A stretch of 64,000 nt of DNA from assembly GCA_038087875.1 (NCBI GenBank), contig CM075980.1, positions 17,856,001-17,920,000 of the forward strand. The letters are read 5' to 3'. This stretch comes from Malacoraja senta. Its lineage: Eukaryota. A model generated the notes under the pieces. The model did no database searches, was not told the DNA's origin, and was given only the letters and a program-made list of their open reading frames with translations. This document shows positions 1 to 12,800 of the stretch, one piece after another. The translations under genes and the position numbers were made by a program. Within the stretch, counting starts at the first letter, position 1; every line of letters starts with the position of its first letter.

Positions 1-996
1 AAGACAGTGGAAACTCGACCAATTTCAGAAAATCATTGGTTAAGGCTGAATTCTGAAGACTTGAATGCATAATTTAGGGTGCACTACTGGTAGAATGTTA
101 CTCTGAGGTTATGTCCTTCAGATAAACAATTAAAATGAGGCCCCTCCTAAGGGTTTGGTTGGACATTAAAACATAATAGGTAACATGCTCAGTAGGCCAC
201 ACCTATCCCCAAGGACCTGTGCCAGAAGCTGATTATCTGCAAAGTAATCCATTTTACCCTGGAGGAAAATATTAACAAAAAAAAGAAAATCTTTGAATCA
301 ATGCAGTGAATTATTACAAGTTAGCAGTTGCTTTTCTTTTGGAAATGAGGGTAATTGTAGATAATTACAGGGCTTGCATGTGGATAGCATTTCTCCAGAT
401 ATAATTTTTGATGGCCCTGCTTTTCAGATGATGGACCATTCCATTTTATTCCTTCCTTTGTATCAACAGCCATAAAAAATACTTCCTGTCTGCAATGGCT
501 ACATTTATAATAGTACTGAAATTCAATACCTCGAGTGATAGTAAATTTACTGTAGGTCAGTGGTGCTTTGAAGTGAAATTTTCTTTTTGACAATTATATG
601 AAACAGCAATAATTAGATAGGCAATCAATGGTTGAAGCTGTATGATATGCAAGTATTTTAATGATGTTTGCAATTTTCTGTGAAATTAATGATTCAAGAC
701 ATTACACATTATAAATGGAGATTTAAAAACATTTTCTACAGAATTTTGTTGTGTCAAGCAGTCCATAATGATATTGACTGAATTGTATTAAATAGACGAA
801 TGTTAGAGGAAACCATTATTGAGTTCTATAATAGCTCCCATTTGGTTTTACAAGTGTCACATCATATTAACTGGTGAGTGGGAAGAAGTAAAAGATGGAA
901 TATGTCCATTTCATATCTCATTACAAGGATATCGGGAAACGTATTAAATTTCAGTATCATAGATAATGATTTGTATAACAATTGTAGTTAACATTG

Positions 997-1390
997 ATAA
1001 TAAATTTGCAGATGACATCAAGATTGGTGGTATAGTGAGTGGATAGTGAGGAAAGATATCTAAGTTTACAAAGAACTTAGATTAATTAGGGAAATTTACA
1101 CCATGATCCAGATCAGTTGGGAAAGTGGGCCAATGAATGGTAAATGGAATTTAACTGACATGTGTGGGTAGTTGCAGTTCAGTATGTCAGACCAGGGCAG
1201 GATATGCACAGTAAATGGAAGAGCTCTGGAGTGTGTGGTAGAATAAAGAGATCTAGGGGTACAGGTGCATACCACCCTGAAAGTGGCGTTGGGTGGAGAA
1301 GGCATTTGGCACACTAGTCTTCATTCCGAAGGGTACTGAGTACAAAAGCTGGGACATCTTAATGTAGCTGTATTAGTTATTGCAGAGAGG
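997..1390 (+). mobile_element. CR1-type LINE RT fragment (degraded)
   Basis: aaatttgcagatgacatcaagattggtggt = KFADDIKIGG; followed by CR1-like W/QM.FN and RDLGVQV segments. Confidence 0.7.
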
Positions 1391-1391
1391 C

Positions 1392-1573
1392 TTTAGTTTT
1401 ATAGTTTTAGAGATACAGTGCGGAAACAGGCCCTTCGGCCCACCAAGCTGACCAGCGATCCCCGCACATTACTTTACACAGACGCTAGGGACAAGTCTAC
1501 ATTTGTACCAAGCCAATTAACCTACAAACCTGTACGTCTGGATGTGGGAGGAATCCGAAGATCTTGGAGAAAA
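1392..1573 (-). mobile_element. HE1-like V-SINE, 3' part
   Basis: Reverse complement of the gggccgaagggcctgtttcc...ctgtatctctaaaact tail. Confidence 0.75.
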
Positions 1574-2909
1574 AGTGATAACTTAGGTTACAATAATGTC
1601 ATTAAACTTTGTATTAAAAAAGTTACCTTCAGTAAAACATGAAAAAAAAAAAATCTTAGATTAATACATGGTGTTTCATGCAGTGCTCCATTCTATGTTA
1701 ATAATAACATATAATCAACACGAATATGTCTTTGAATTTGTCCAATTAGATTTTCACCTATGACAGTTCTGAATCCACACTTCTTAAGTCATGTTACATT
1801 TTATGTGACTGTGACCATTGGAAACCATTCCTTCTCATCTTTCTCAATCTACCTGGAGTCTTTACATTGTTGGTCATATAAGCTTCCTCCAAATGGTCTC
1901 CTCTGAGTTTTAACTGGTTTTCCACACTTAATTGACCAGTCATGGCCAGAAAATGCTCACCTGGATACCCAATCATTCTGTGCACTCCAGGCTAGGATCT
2001 GCAGGCCAAAAATAAACTGCTGTCTGAAGCCACAAACTTGAATCTGCAAATGTTACTCATGATGTGGAGCAGGCAATATGTTACACAAAGACTCTGACAA
2101 AAGAACTTCATTTTCACCACAAGCCTCTGTTGCTCAGGCTGATAACTGCTCGCTGGGCCTAGATTAGTTTTAAACAAGAGTCTGGTTGTATCCTCGATGA
2201 ACATCCTTGTGACCATCAAATCTCTATGGTTTTATTGCCTGGGTGTACCTTCATGCTTTCAATATTGACTGTAATGACAGCCATTTTATTATTACTATCA
2301 AGTGCAATGGCTTTTCATCCCACTTCTGCAGAATTATTTAAGAAAGACATGCTGTCCTTTGGCAGGACACGGAGTATCTCTGCTATGAAATTCATCTCTG
2401 CAGAACATTACTCCAGCACTTTATGTCCTTTTGTGTATTAACCAGCATCTGTAGTTATTTGTTTTTCCAAGTTAATCTCACAAAAAAGATTATTGGATGC
2501 AAAGTAATTTGCATTGAGGGAGGATTGGACACAGTTTCTGATTATTACTGTTTTCTGCTGTGAACTCCTTGTATGTGTCACATTTTGAAGAATGTACAGG
2601 TATTTCTTTTTCAAAAAGATGGCAATGATTAAAATAATGGAAAACACAAAACATTTTTTTTTAAAGATAAATGGGGTAACATTATGCCACTGGAAACCAT
2701 TTCTGTATGTGTTCTGGAAGGGTAAATACAGTGTCACCCTGGCTGAAAGTTGAAATAGACAGTGTAGAGCCATTCTAACTATATAAACAATTAACAGTCA
2801 TTCCTCGTGTTAATTAATTTGTAATAATGTACCATATTTGAAAGCTATTGCTAATTTCAGAGTGACAGCATATGTACAATATTTTCTAAAACAATCACTT
2901 TTTTTAAAG

Positions 2910-3101
2910 GAGGTGAATAGTCGACAGTATTATGAACAGAGTGCAGAAGCTCACCATAAAGCTTATGGAGGCACCCAGGTTACCTCTGGTGGGACAGTGA
3001 ACATCGCATCAGTTAGTCCTGTTATTACAGAGAATGTCATTAGCACATCAGCCACCACCCTTGCCACTGAGAACAGCGATAATACTGGGCAAGCTGGAAA
3101 G
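2910..3101 (+). CDS. Unidentified upstream gene, internal coding exon A (EVNSRQYYEQ...TGQAGK)
   Basis: T-rich tract then aag|GAG acceptor; AAG|gtatgt donor; 192 nt, phase 0-0, open frame, S/T-rich. Confidence 0.8.
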
Positions 3102-5073
3102 GTATGTCATTGAGGCACAAAGTAAATGATAAACATTAAATATAAATGCACTTGAAATGTATGGTTAAAACCATTACTTCTGCGTCTTACGAAGTGCAAC
3201 ACCTTTTTTTTTAAATTAACATTTACAAGGAAAATAAAGCTTTAATGTTTACATGTAAAAGAAAATTCTAACTCTCCACTGTAACTAACATTACAAACAG
3301 AGACCTGAGAACATAATTTGAATGTGTACAGAGTTTTATGTGCACAGAATGCTGCCATCACTCTTCACTTGCAAGGAATTCAATCTGCATTTGGAATAGT
3401 CTTCAATTTAAAGTGTTATGGTCAATTGGGCAATATTGAAACAATGGAGCCAGGGACTGAGAAATGCATGGATCAGAGTTTTATTAGCAGATTTTTAAAT
3501 ATTTTATATTTTAAAATTACTTTACTGTGGTCAGTCCCTTTATAAATATCAAATAATTTTGATTTTAATTGGGACCAAGATAATAGTTTTTAATGTAGAT
3601 TATTTCCACAAGTAACCCAGTAAATCATACAAACATTAAGATATGCATCACAGCAGAATTGCAGTATAGCAGAGGTTACGTTCTTGTTTTGCTCAGTGCA
3701 TGAACAATTATGCTGCTGATAACACGAATAACAAAAGAACACACAAGACCTGCTGTCACATTCTGCTAACAGTGCAAAGATCAGGAAACACGAGACTGCA
3801 GATTTCTTTCAGCATCATGAACTCAGCCTGTTAGCAAAAGGAAAAGACCAAAATCAAGTGGGGATAGCTCAAAATTAGAGGTTAAAAAAACCTTGAAAGA
3901 GAAAGAAAATTCTGTCCAAGGAAATCGTTGATTATGCAATAAAATTTTAAAGTAAATATTCTTGATTTAAAAAAAACCCCAATATTGATCACTTTCCTTT
4001 TGTGCTTGTTGCATACCCAAGGCATGGGGATTTTTTTGGTTTAATTACTCCTTGATAATCTACTTAAGAATTCTGATTACCCTAGTAAATTATTTATAAT
4101 TTTAGAATGTTTCGTTATAAAGAAGAATGTTACAATGATTAAATTATTGTACAAGCTAGTCAATTGACTTTTTTTAAACCAGAACCTTGGCATTGAAATG
4201 TGTGGAAAATGTTTGTTTTTTAAGTGATCTTGAAATAATTACACATTTTAGATGTCAGATCATCAATTTTGTGCCTGCATTATCTGATAAATTGTTTTGC
4301 ATTTTTGTGAAAACATAGTACATTCTTCATGGCCTTTCTAATTGCATCGAAGATTTTCTCATGAGTTACAGATACATTTGTGTGCTAATAAGAATAATTT
4401 GTAGGGGGAAAAAAGGCAAATAATTGCAGAGTCCTGCAATTTTAGGTTTGCATGTGCAAATGTGCATTTTCTTGAATGAGAGAGCCAGTTAATTTCTGAA
4501 CACAGAAAATATTAATGAGTCTGTCGAAGATAGACACAAAGTGCTGGAGTAACTCAGTAAATATCTCTGGAGAAAAAGGATGGGTGATGCTTTGGGTCAG
4601 AATCCTTATAGTCTGAAGAAGGGTTACCATTTAAAAAAAACAAAACCTTGGTGATCATTTGTGGACTAATTTAACTGAAAATATTTTTAAATAATACGTT
4701 AGTTGAGGGACGCCAATTAGAACAAACATGAAAACAATACATATACTAGAAATCTGTGTACAACTGCTGTGCAAATGTAGAAACTAACGTGTGTGGAAAT
4801 AATTATAACATTAGGAACAGAGTGGCAATCAATAATAATGAAGTCATCAAAATAATCAAAATTACATGTTAATTATCACATCTTTATCCCTTATACTTCC
4901 TTATTGAAGGATTATAATGGAAATCTAAATTACTCATTTTGGATGTTTGCAGTTATTAAATGAACACTAGAAATTTTGCATCCACTAATGGGAGCTCTGA
5001 AAATAACCAATGCATTAAATAGATTGTGGATAAAAAGACAACAAAAATATAAAAAATATTTGTTTTTTAAAAG

Positions 5074-5223
5074 GATAGCAGGTTGACCAATGGCATTTCT
5101 CCTGCAGAAGATACGTTGGGCTCAACATCAACTGTGGGGCATCAAACTCTGGTGCTTATGGATCCTGATGGAGAAAATGGAGAGCTTGTGTATAATGACA
5201 ACACAAGTCTAATTACTGATCAG
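5074..5223 (+). CDS. Unidentified upstream gene, internal coding exon B (DSRLTNGISP...SLITDQ)
   Basis: ttttttaaaag|GAT acceptor; CAG|gtgaaa donor; 150 nt, phase 0-0, open frame. Confidence 0.75.
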
Positions 5224-6651
5224 GTGAAATTGTCTAAATGTTCTTCATATCGGCCATAACTTTATTAAACGGCCATAGAACATCTGCCAGATGTTACCAA
5301 ATGAATTGAACTTTAACTTGGATTGTTGGAGATATTGTTAATGTCTTAGTAAGTAGATGCATTTCAGCTGTAAGCTGGGCTGAGCTGACATGGCAGAATG
5401 ATAGATGCCCAGTCTCCCAATCTGACTCGGAACCTATCGGAATGGGATGCTAATCTTCCAAATACTCAGTCCGGGAGATATTGTGCTTTAAGTTCCCTGC
5501 TTTAACAGGACCATTTTACACTTAATGACTTCAAACCCCTCCCAATTCTGCTGCAGAGAATGATGACTGATTGAAAACAATTGTGACCCATCTCAGGAGG
5601 AGGGATGGTGGGTTGGTTGGTTGATTGATTGATTGAATGATGGAGGGGTCATTTGTAACAGGTCCGCAGCAGACGCCACCTCCCTGGTCCTAAATTCATT
5701 TCTTGAACATCTAGAGTATGACTCATGTACTTTAAATGGTAGAGCAAGCTGTGTAGAGAAGACTTTATATATGAGTATCAGCAAGAGGCAGATGAACTAG
5801 TTCAGTGACCCTGTGGAAGAAGATATCATCTGCACCAAAAGCAAATAGTTTACAAAGATGCATTAACCAAGCAATAGTTTTTCTGCTGTATTTTTCTCTT
5901 TCCCTTCAGGATCACTAAAGTCTTCCAGATTTTTAGCTAAGACGGCCAAGTTGCAAGAAATACTCTTACATGGGTGTTATATTTTCAAAATTGTAGAAGG
6001 TGCATTTTGATTATTTCTTAATGTCAGCAGTAGCTGGGCTGCCTTTGAAATATAGATATTTCTAAAATCTTGGACAGGATGAAGGAGAAATGTCTTGGTT
6101 AGAATCAAGGAAGTATGTCCTGTTTGTGTATGTAATACTTCAAAAGGAGATTTAGGGATTCTTAATTGTTTGAGCATTTTCTGGCACAGTTCCATCAGTA
6201 AAAGGGGTGATCAGTCACCCCTGATCCAAGGTTTTCATAATCATTCACTGCTTTATTTAAAAATTACAATGAGTCAGCATGGGCATTACTTTAGGCAGAT
6301 AACATTTCATTGAACTATAATACGCCTGGATTTAATAGAGCATGATAATGCTGCTGTCTAGACCGCTGCTGCAATTCCCTGTAGGTTATTGCTATTTTAA
6401 GTGTCCTGTCCTGATACATTGCTACTGCGGTTTGACCAAATGCATCAGTCCTACAGAATATTCTAGACTTCTCCTGCTTTAAAATACCACACTCGACATT
6501 AAGACAAAATGCAATAATTTCCAAATATTCTTTAGAGAAATAATTGATTATAGTTTTCAGTCATAAATTGAAAATTGATATTGATTTTTATTTATTCTTT
6601 AATTCTCCTGTTTCTCTGTCATGTCCACCTCTCTGCCTCTTATTTAAATAA

Positions 6652-6780
6652 TGGCACCGTGTTGCAGCTGGTTGACCTGGTCCCTCACAGTGCCAGAGAA
6701 CTGGGTTTGATCCTGACCTCCAGTGCTGTCAGTGTGGAGTTTGAATGTTTGCCCTGTGACCATATGAGTTTTTTCTGGGG
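6652..6780 (+). mobile_element. HE1-like V-SINE, 5' part (tRNA head plus V domain)
   Basis: ggcac...ggtttgatcctgacc...gtggagtttg...ccctgtgacc. Confidence 0.65.
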
Positions 6781-7099
6781 AACATTGAATGTAGTGGGTG
6801 GTTGGGAGGGGACAAGGGGAGTTTTGCCTTTGCTCTGGATGGCAAAAAGGGCTTGAGAATTGGTCTGTAATCTTGAGGTTACGGAACCAGAGCTGCATTT
6901 CATGTACTTTTCACAATCAAAGTAGTATTAGGTACCTCAAAGGCAGCTTTCTAGATTGAGATTTTATTTCTTAGTAGATTCAAGGTAAAGCAACTTGTTT
7001 TATATGTGTATGTAAAAGAGATTTGTTTTGCAGTATATACACATTGGATTCTTTAGATAGTGGTGAATTGGTATTATACCAAAATCTCCATTGGAGTTG

Positions 7100-7375
7100 T
7101 TTAGTTTGGAGTTTTAGTTTAGAGATACAGCATGGAATGAGACGCCCAGTAAGTCCACATCGATCACACGTTGATGCTCTTATGTTATTCCACTTTCTCA
7201 TTGGCTCCCTACACACTAGGCTAGTTAACCTACAAACCCGCACATCTTTGGGATGTGGGATGTAGCTGGAGCACCCAGACAAAATACACACGGTCACAGG
7301 GAGAATATGCAGACTCCACACAGACAGCACCCGAGGTCAGGATTGAATCCAAGTCTCAGGCGCCACTGTACTGCC
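7100..7375 (-). mobile_element. HE1-like V-SINE
   Basis: Same family as 12516-12800, opposite orientation. Confidence 0.7.
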
Positions 7376-7465
7376 CCCTCTTTACGGATTTAGTTGTCCA
7401 AGACTACCACTTTTATTTCCTCCTCGTGTATGTGATACTTTTTTCTATCAACCTGAATCTTTCAG

Positions 7466-7603
7466 GACGGTCAAGCGTTGGATCAGAGCCTGCTAATGGA
7501 GAAGCAAGTATTGGAACTGCACCAGCAGAATCAGCAGCTACGGGTAGAAAAAGCAGAAAATGAGCGCAGACTACAAATGGAAGTACAGCAACTGAAGGAC
7601 CAG
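7466..7603 (+). CDS. Unidentified upstream gene, coiled-coil exon C (DGQALDQSLLMEKQVLELHQQNQQLRVEKAENERRLQMEVQQLKDQ)
   Basis: ctttcag|GAC acceptor; CAG|gtatgt donor; 138 nt, phase 0-0; heptad-like L/Q/E pattern that continues into the next exon. Confidence 0.85.
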
Positions 7604-7679
7604 GTATGTAACACATCTATTAGAGAATCCTAACCTATTTCTAGTTTATCATCTGTCAGTCTTAGGCATTGAAAGCACA

Positions 7680-9550
7680 GAATACGATAGCAAGACTGAA
7701 GATGTCCAGCCCAGAACGAGTTGCACCTTTAGGCCAAGCTGTTCAAGCATTGTTACTATGCTGGTGTCTACCCACAAATGCGTAACAGTATGCAGATGCA
7801 TCCTGTTCAAAGAGCAGCTCATGCTCACTGACCAATTGCTGCAAAATCATTCTGCCCAAATCGTCAGTACACCCATACTCGTGAATGACCCAGTCACCGA
7901 TGCACAAATTTGGGTTTCACCACGATCACTTAGTTCGCCAACCTAACATAGACTTGGTCCAAACAGGGACAAAAGAGCTGAACTTCAGAGGTGAACTGAA
8001 AGTGACTAGCCTTGACATTAAGGCAGCACTAGCCTTGACATTAAGGCAGCACTAGCCTTGACATTAAGGCAGCACTTGGCCAAGTATGACATTGAGTAGC
8101 CCTGATAAAACTTAACTTAGATAAACGTAAAAGGGAAGATACATAGATTGATGTCATACAGAGGAAGATGGTAATGTTGGTAGACATCAATTATCCCAGC
8201 CTTAAAAGACCCTGGTTTTCCGTGAGACACTGCACAAGACCCAGTTATTTTCAGCTGCATCATCAATTATCAACTTTCCATTAAAATGGGCAGAAGTGGA
8301 GGTGTTTGCTGATTGTAAAATTTTAAATCCCTCTGCAAATAAAGTCAGTGTATAGCAAGACCTTGGCAACGTTCAAATACAGGCTGATAGTGGCAACTAA
8401 CATTCATGACAAGCACGTCAGGCGGGAGTTTAGCCACGACCCTTGATGTCAATGGCATTACCCTTATCAAATACCTAGCCTTCACATGTTGGCATCAGCA
8501 TTGACCAGAAAATAAGGGTTTGACCACATACATGCCGTGGACACGAGCAGGTCAGAGGCTGGCTATTCTGTGGCAAGTGACCTGCCTTCAGACACCCAAA
8601 GCCTTTCCACCATTGGTGTGGCATGAGGCAGGACAGTAATGTAATATTCTCCACTTGCCTGGAAGAGTGCAGCTTCAATAATGCTCTAAAATCTGCAATA
8701 ATCTAGAACAAAAACATTCAATATGATTGCTCTTTGTCCGTCACTCAACATTAATACACTTCTAACACTGCCCACGTTGGCTGCAGAACATATAGCTATA
8801 CATATAACATACATAGCTATAAAACACACTACATTTATAGATTTGTCCATAATTGACTGTCCATAAATCAAAAAATGCGCAAAAATCGGTCAATATAAAA
8901 GTTTCCTCCCACATCCCAAAGACATGCTGGTTTGTAGGTTAATTGGCCTTTGTAAATTGTCCCTAGTGTGCATGGAGTGGATGTGAAAGTGGAATAACAT
9001 GGAACTAGTGTGAATGGGTGATCGATGAGCTGCAAAATCTGTTTCCTCGCTGTATCTTTCAATCAAACAATATGTAGGGTTATCCATATGTTGGGTGTTC
9101 GTGACCCAGGGATGGCATATACTTGCTTCAGCTACTCTGACAGCAGCTCACAAACCCATCGACACAACCAGGAGGTACACAAAAATGCTGGAGAAACTCA
9201 GCGGGTGCAGCAGCATCTATGGAGCGAAGGAAATAGGTAACGTTTCGGGCCGAAACCCTTCTTCAGACACAACCAGGATTAGGGCTTCGAGCACATGGTA
9301 ATGTCACCACTTGCTTACTCCCTCCAAGCTACGCACCATCCCACATTCAAAATATATCTGAATGCCTTCATCGATGCAGTGTCAAAATCCAGGAATTCCC
9401 TCCCACAACATCGTGGAAGTACCCACACCTACAGGACTGTAGCAAGGTTGTAGGCGACTTACCACCATCTTCTCAAGGCCATTGAGGGATGAACAATAAA
9501 TGCTGCCTTTGAGAGAGATGCTCCAATTCTGAAAAATGAATAAATAAATG
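7680..9550 (+). mobile_element. Old CR1/L2-group LINE remnant, interrupted by a SINE (8900-9065) and a Penelope-terminus insert
   Basis: RT motifs ALDIKAA (8008) and VFAD (8302); 3' tail caccatcttctcaagg...caataaatgctg...gaataaataaa. Confidence 0.55.
9174..9265 (-). mobile_element. Short Penelope-terminus insertion with minimal hammerhead core
   Basis: Flanked by a perfect 13-bp direct repeat GACACAACCAGGA (9161-9173 and 9266-9278); minus strand reads CTGAAGAAGGGTTTCGGCCCGAAACGTTA. Confidence 0.75.
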
Positions 9551-11430
9551 TTTTTTAAATATATTCTATTGAAGCTCAAGATTTCTCAAGAACTTAACAC
9601 TTGATGAAACACATTGTAATATCATTCTTATAGAGCAAGGAAATATTCTGAAATTTTGAGAAAATCTTACTAGCTTTATTATCAAGGCAGATTAGCTAGT
9701 TTATACCTGCATGTTTGTATCTTTTTAAATATTATAAAGATTACCATTTTTGGAAATTGGACACACTAACCAACAACGTCATGGGCTTTATAAAACCCAG
9801 GAAAGAAATAAAATCGGAAAAACATTTTCATTGTTCAAAAATGTAAGATTCAAGCTCATTTTGAGTGTTTCTTTTTTAGAAAATTCTAAAACTTCACATT
9901 ATGTGTCCTGATTTTGCTAGCAGGTCATTAATAACAAAAATAAAGATATTTTCTATTTAATTCAAACTGTGCCCAATGTTTTTTCTTTCCTTTTTCTATC
10001 TTCAGCAGCAATGCCAATAATCAATTTAGTTTAACTTGCATAACCTTACTGTGTCTTGAGTTAGTTTCCAATTTACCCAGTGCACAAGAAATTTCAGTAG
10101 CTTGCTGAAAAACTGTTCATGGAAATTGTTTTAGATTGCAGATCTCATGGAGGCCAATTGGCAAATGGCAGAAGAATTAAAGCATTATAAATGTTCTGAA
10201 GACATTGAGAACAAAATAAATCAAATGGTGATTATGATTTAATTTACATTTTTGGTTTTGTTTTTCTATGTATGTAAATACAGTGGTCTGGAATTCGCAA
10301 CAAAAATATTTATGAAGCCATCAGCAGTCACTTATGATGGAGAAAATCTGAGATTAACTTCTACTGCGTGATTATATACAGTTAAATGCACAACACAGAA
10401 GTTATCTACAAAGAAACCCAGCTTCTCCATATAGTGATGATGCAAGGAACTGCAGATGCTGCCACGAACACAAAGCGCTAGACTTGCTCAACAGTTCTGA
10501 CAGCATCTATGGAGGCCATGGAGAAGGGTCCTGGCCTGAAACGTCGCCTTTCCTTATCCTCCATAGGTGCTGCCTGACCTGCTGTCTAGACTTTGGGCTC
10601 CTCTCCGTAGAGTGTGCTGTTGCAATCCTCATCTGTAGTTTCTACATGTCCAACACTGCGAACTTACTGCATTTACCATACTAAAAGCAGGTCCAAACGT
10701 TAGGCTTGATGCATTTAAAAATTAAGATATACATTGTATACATCTGAACTATGACAAAATAAATACTTTTATAACATTACATTTTCTGTCTCCTTTTTCT
10801 TCCTTAATCCCATCTATATTATATTTTTACTATTTTCTATTGATCTACTGAACACAAAAGAAAGTATATATATTTCTTGCTGTATATTACTTGATTTGAA
10901 CTGTTTCTCACTGTTTTCAATCTAATTGATGAACATTGCTATGCTTCTGCTCATTTACATGACGGATCTACTGTAGAGTGGGTTGCACTGGGAGAGATCC
11001 AAGGTTAGAGGAAATCTGTACTGGCAGGCATATGAAAAGTCTGGACTGTGTGTTCCTTCACTGCTGAAATCAGAATATCTAAACGTGTTCTCGCCTAAGG
11101 TTTCACATCTGCTACTGCTGGTCTCATCCAATATCTGTCAGATTTATACACCAGAGTTTATTGCCCATTTTGCTTTTGGTTGGATTAGACCAAAGAGTTC
11201 CTATTCTTGGGGGTCCTAGTAATTAATTTTAAGTTCAGATATTGGCTCTGATTTTTCCAGTAAGCCCATTATTATGTTTATTATATTGTTCATGATGGCA
11301 TTAGGGTCCTTCCATAAGCTAGGGTACTGTCCAATTCACCTCCACCCCATTGTGGACATTGGACTTCGTCTATGGAACTGATACTCTACAATGCTGAGAA
11401 CTATATTCTGCACTCTGTATCCTCTCCTTT

Positions 11431-12230
11431 TGGCATCAGGGATGACATGAACCGGCAGTGACCACGCCAATACTTGCAGTAGGGTGAACTCATGTGATAT
11501 ATTTTATTTACAGTGGTAAGAAGGTTCAGGACTCCTGGGGGTGCTGCCCCTCGCCATGAGAGCAAGTGTGATGATGCTGGCAATCTCAGGGTTATCCCAG
11601 CAGCTCAGTCCTGGTCTTCAAAGGAGGAGGTGTGGCAATCTCAGGCTTCTTCTTGCAGTTCACCCTTGCCTCGAAAGGAGATGCTGACGATACAGGTTTC
11701 TTCCTGGTGCCTCAGCTTTACGCTTGAAGTGACAACGCTGGCGGTATCTGGATTGTCCTGCCAGCCAGTCTTTGTGTGCATGGGTGCACGCAGTCCCTTG
11801 TTGTCTGGGCAGGAGGAGATTCTGGCATCTCAAGCTTGCCCCGATCACTCAGTCAACCTCAGGTAGGAGGACTGGCTGTCTAGGGCTGCTTACCCAGCTG
11901 TCCAGCCTTGATCGTACGGTGGAGCTGGTGGTCTCGGGTTTGTCCCAGTAGCTCAGTCTTCCTTAAACCTGTGACAGGGGAAGGCAGTTAGCAGAGACAC
12001 TCCACTTTGTCTCCCTTCCTCGCTCTTTTTTATTCCTTCCTCTTTCTTGCTTCTCTCCTCTGGCAGGAATGCCTGGATTTTATAGGGCGTAGGATGACAA
12101 GGTTCAAATGGTCCATCTATATCAGCAAATTGGACACAGCTGTGACCAATGATGTTGAAGATTGGCCTCACCTGGCCTGAGAGCCAGTTAAAGGGATAAG
12201 AGCGACATTCGAGGGAGAAGCGCTGTCACA
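11431..12230 (-). mobile_element. Solo LTR (about 800 bp) inserted in a Rex1-like 3' UTR remnant
   Basis: TG...CA termini; CCTTT repeated on both flanks; minus-strand TATAAAA (12078-12084) and AATAAA (11503-11508) in LTR order. Confidence 0.65.
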
Positions 12231-12515
12231 ACCTTTGCTCTATGTATTGTACTTTGTATTGTCAGTTTGACAATTGTATTTATGTATAACATTATCTGAT
12301 CATTTTGGATAGCATGCAAAACAGTGCTTTTAACTGTACTTCGGTACACTTGACAATAATAAACCTAAACTAATTTCTATTGCTCATAATATATATTTTT
12401 AGTGAAATGATCAATATATACCCAATATCGCATATGAACTTGCTTAATGATATATTTGTAGATGTCACAAGGTGTAAACATAGCAATATGTCCCTCTATG
12501 ATTAAGAAAGTTTAG

Positions 12516-12800
12516 GGGTAACATGGCACAGTGGTAGAGTCGCTGCCTTACAGCACCAGAAACCCAAGTTCAATCCTGACTATGGGTGCTGCCTGTACAG
12601 TGTTTGTATCTTCTCCCTGTAACCTGCGTGAGTTTTCTCCCACACTCCAAAGACGTACTGGTTTGTAGTTAATTGGTTAATTCACTAAAATTGTAAATTG
12701 TCCCTTGTGCGTAGGATGGTGTTGGTGTGCGGGGATCGCTGGTCGGCGTGGACTCGGTGGGCCAAATGGTCTATTTCCACGCTGTATCTCTAAACTAAAC
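12516..12800 (+). mobile_element. HE1-like V-SINE, near full length
   Basis: tRNA-like head (tggcacagtggtagag...aagttcaatcc), V domain, CR1/HER1-type tail ending ctaaactaaac. Confidence 0.8.

Noticed and set aside
321-593. Minus-strand 90-aa ORF with CxxC (YKCSHC)
   Set aside because: Non-ATG start, no completing zinc-finger ligands, AT-rich intronic context.
5608-5642. (GGTT)n(GATT)n tract
   Set aside because: Ordinary short compound microsatellite.
7255-7563. ORF-track frame ending GRSSVGSEPANG...RKSRK
   Set aside because: Starts in a SINE and uses the wrong frame; the phase-0 frame from the 7466 acceptor is open to the donor and continues the coiled coil.
12516-12600. tRNA gene
   Set aside because: A/B-box-like head continues into the SINE V domain and tail; no complete cloverleaf. 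The same applies to the other copies.
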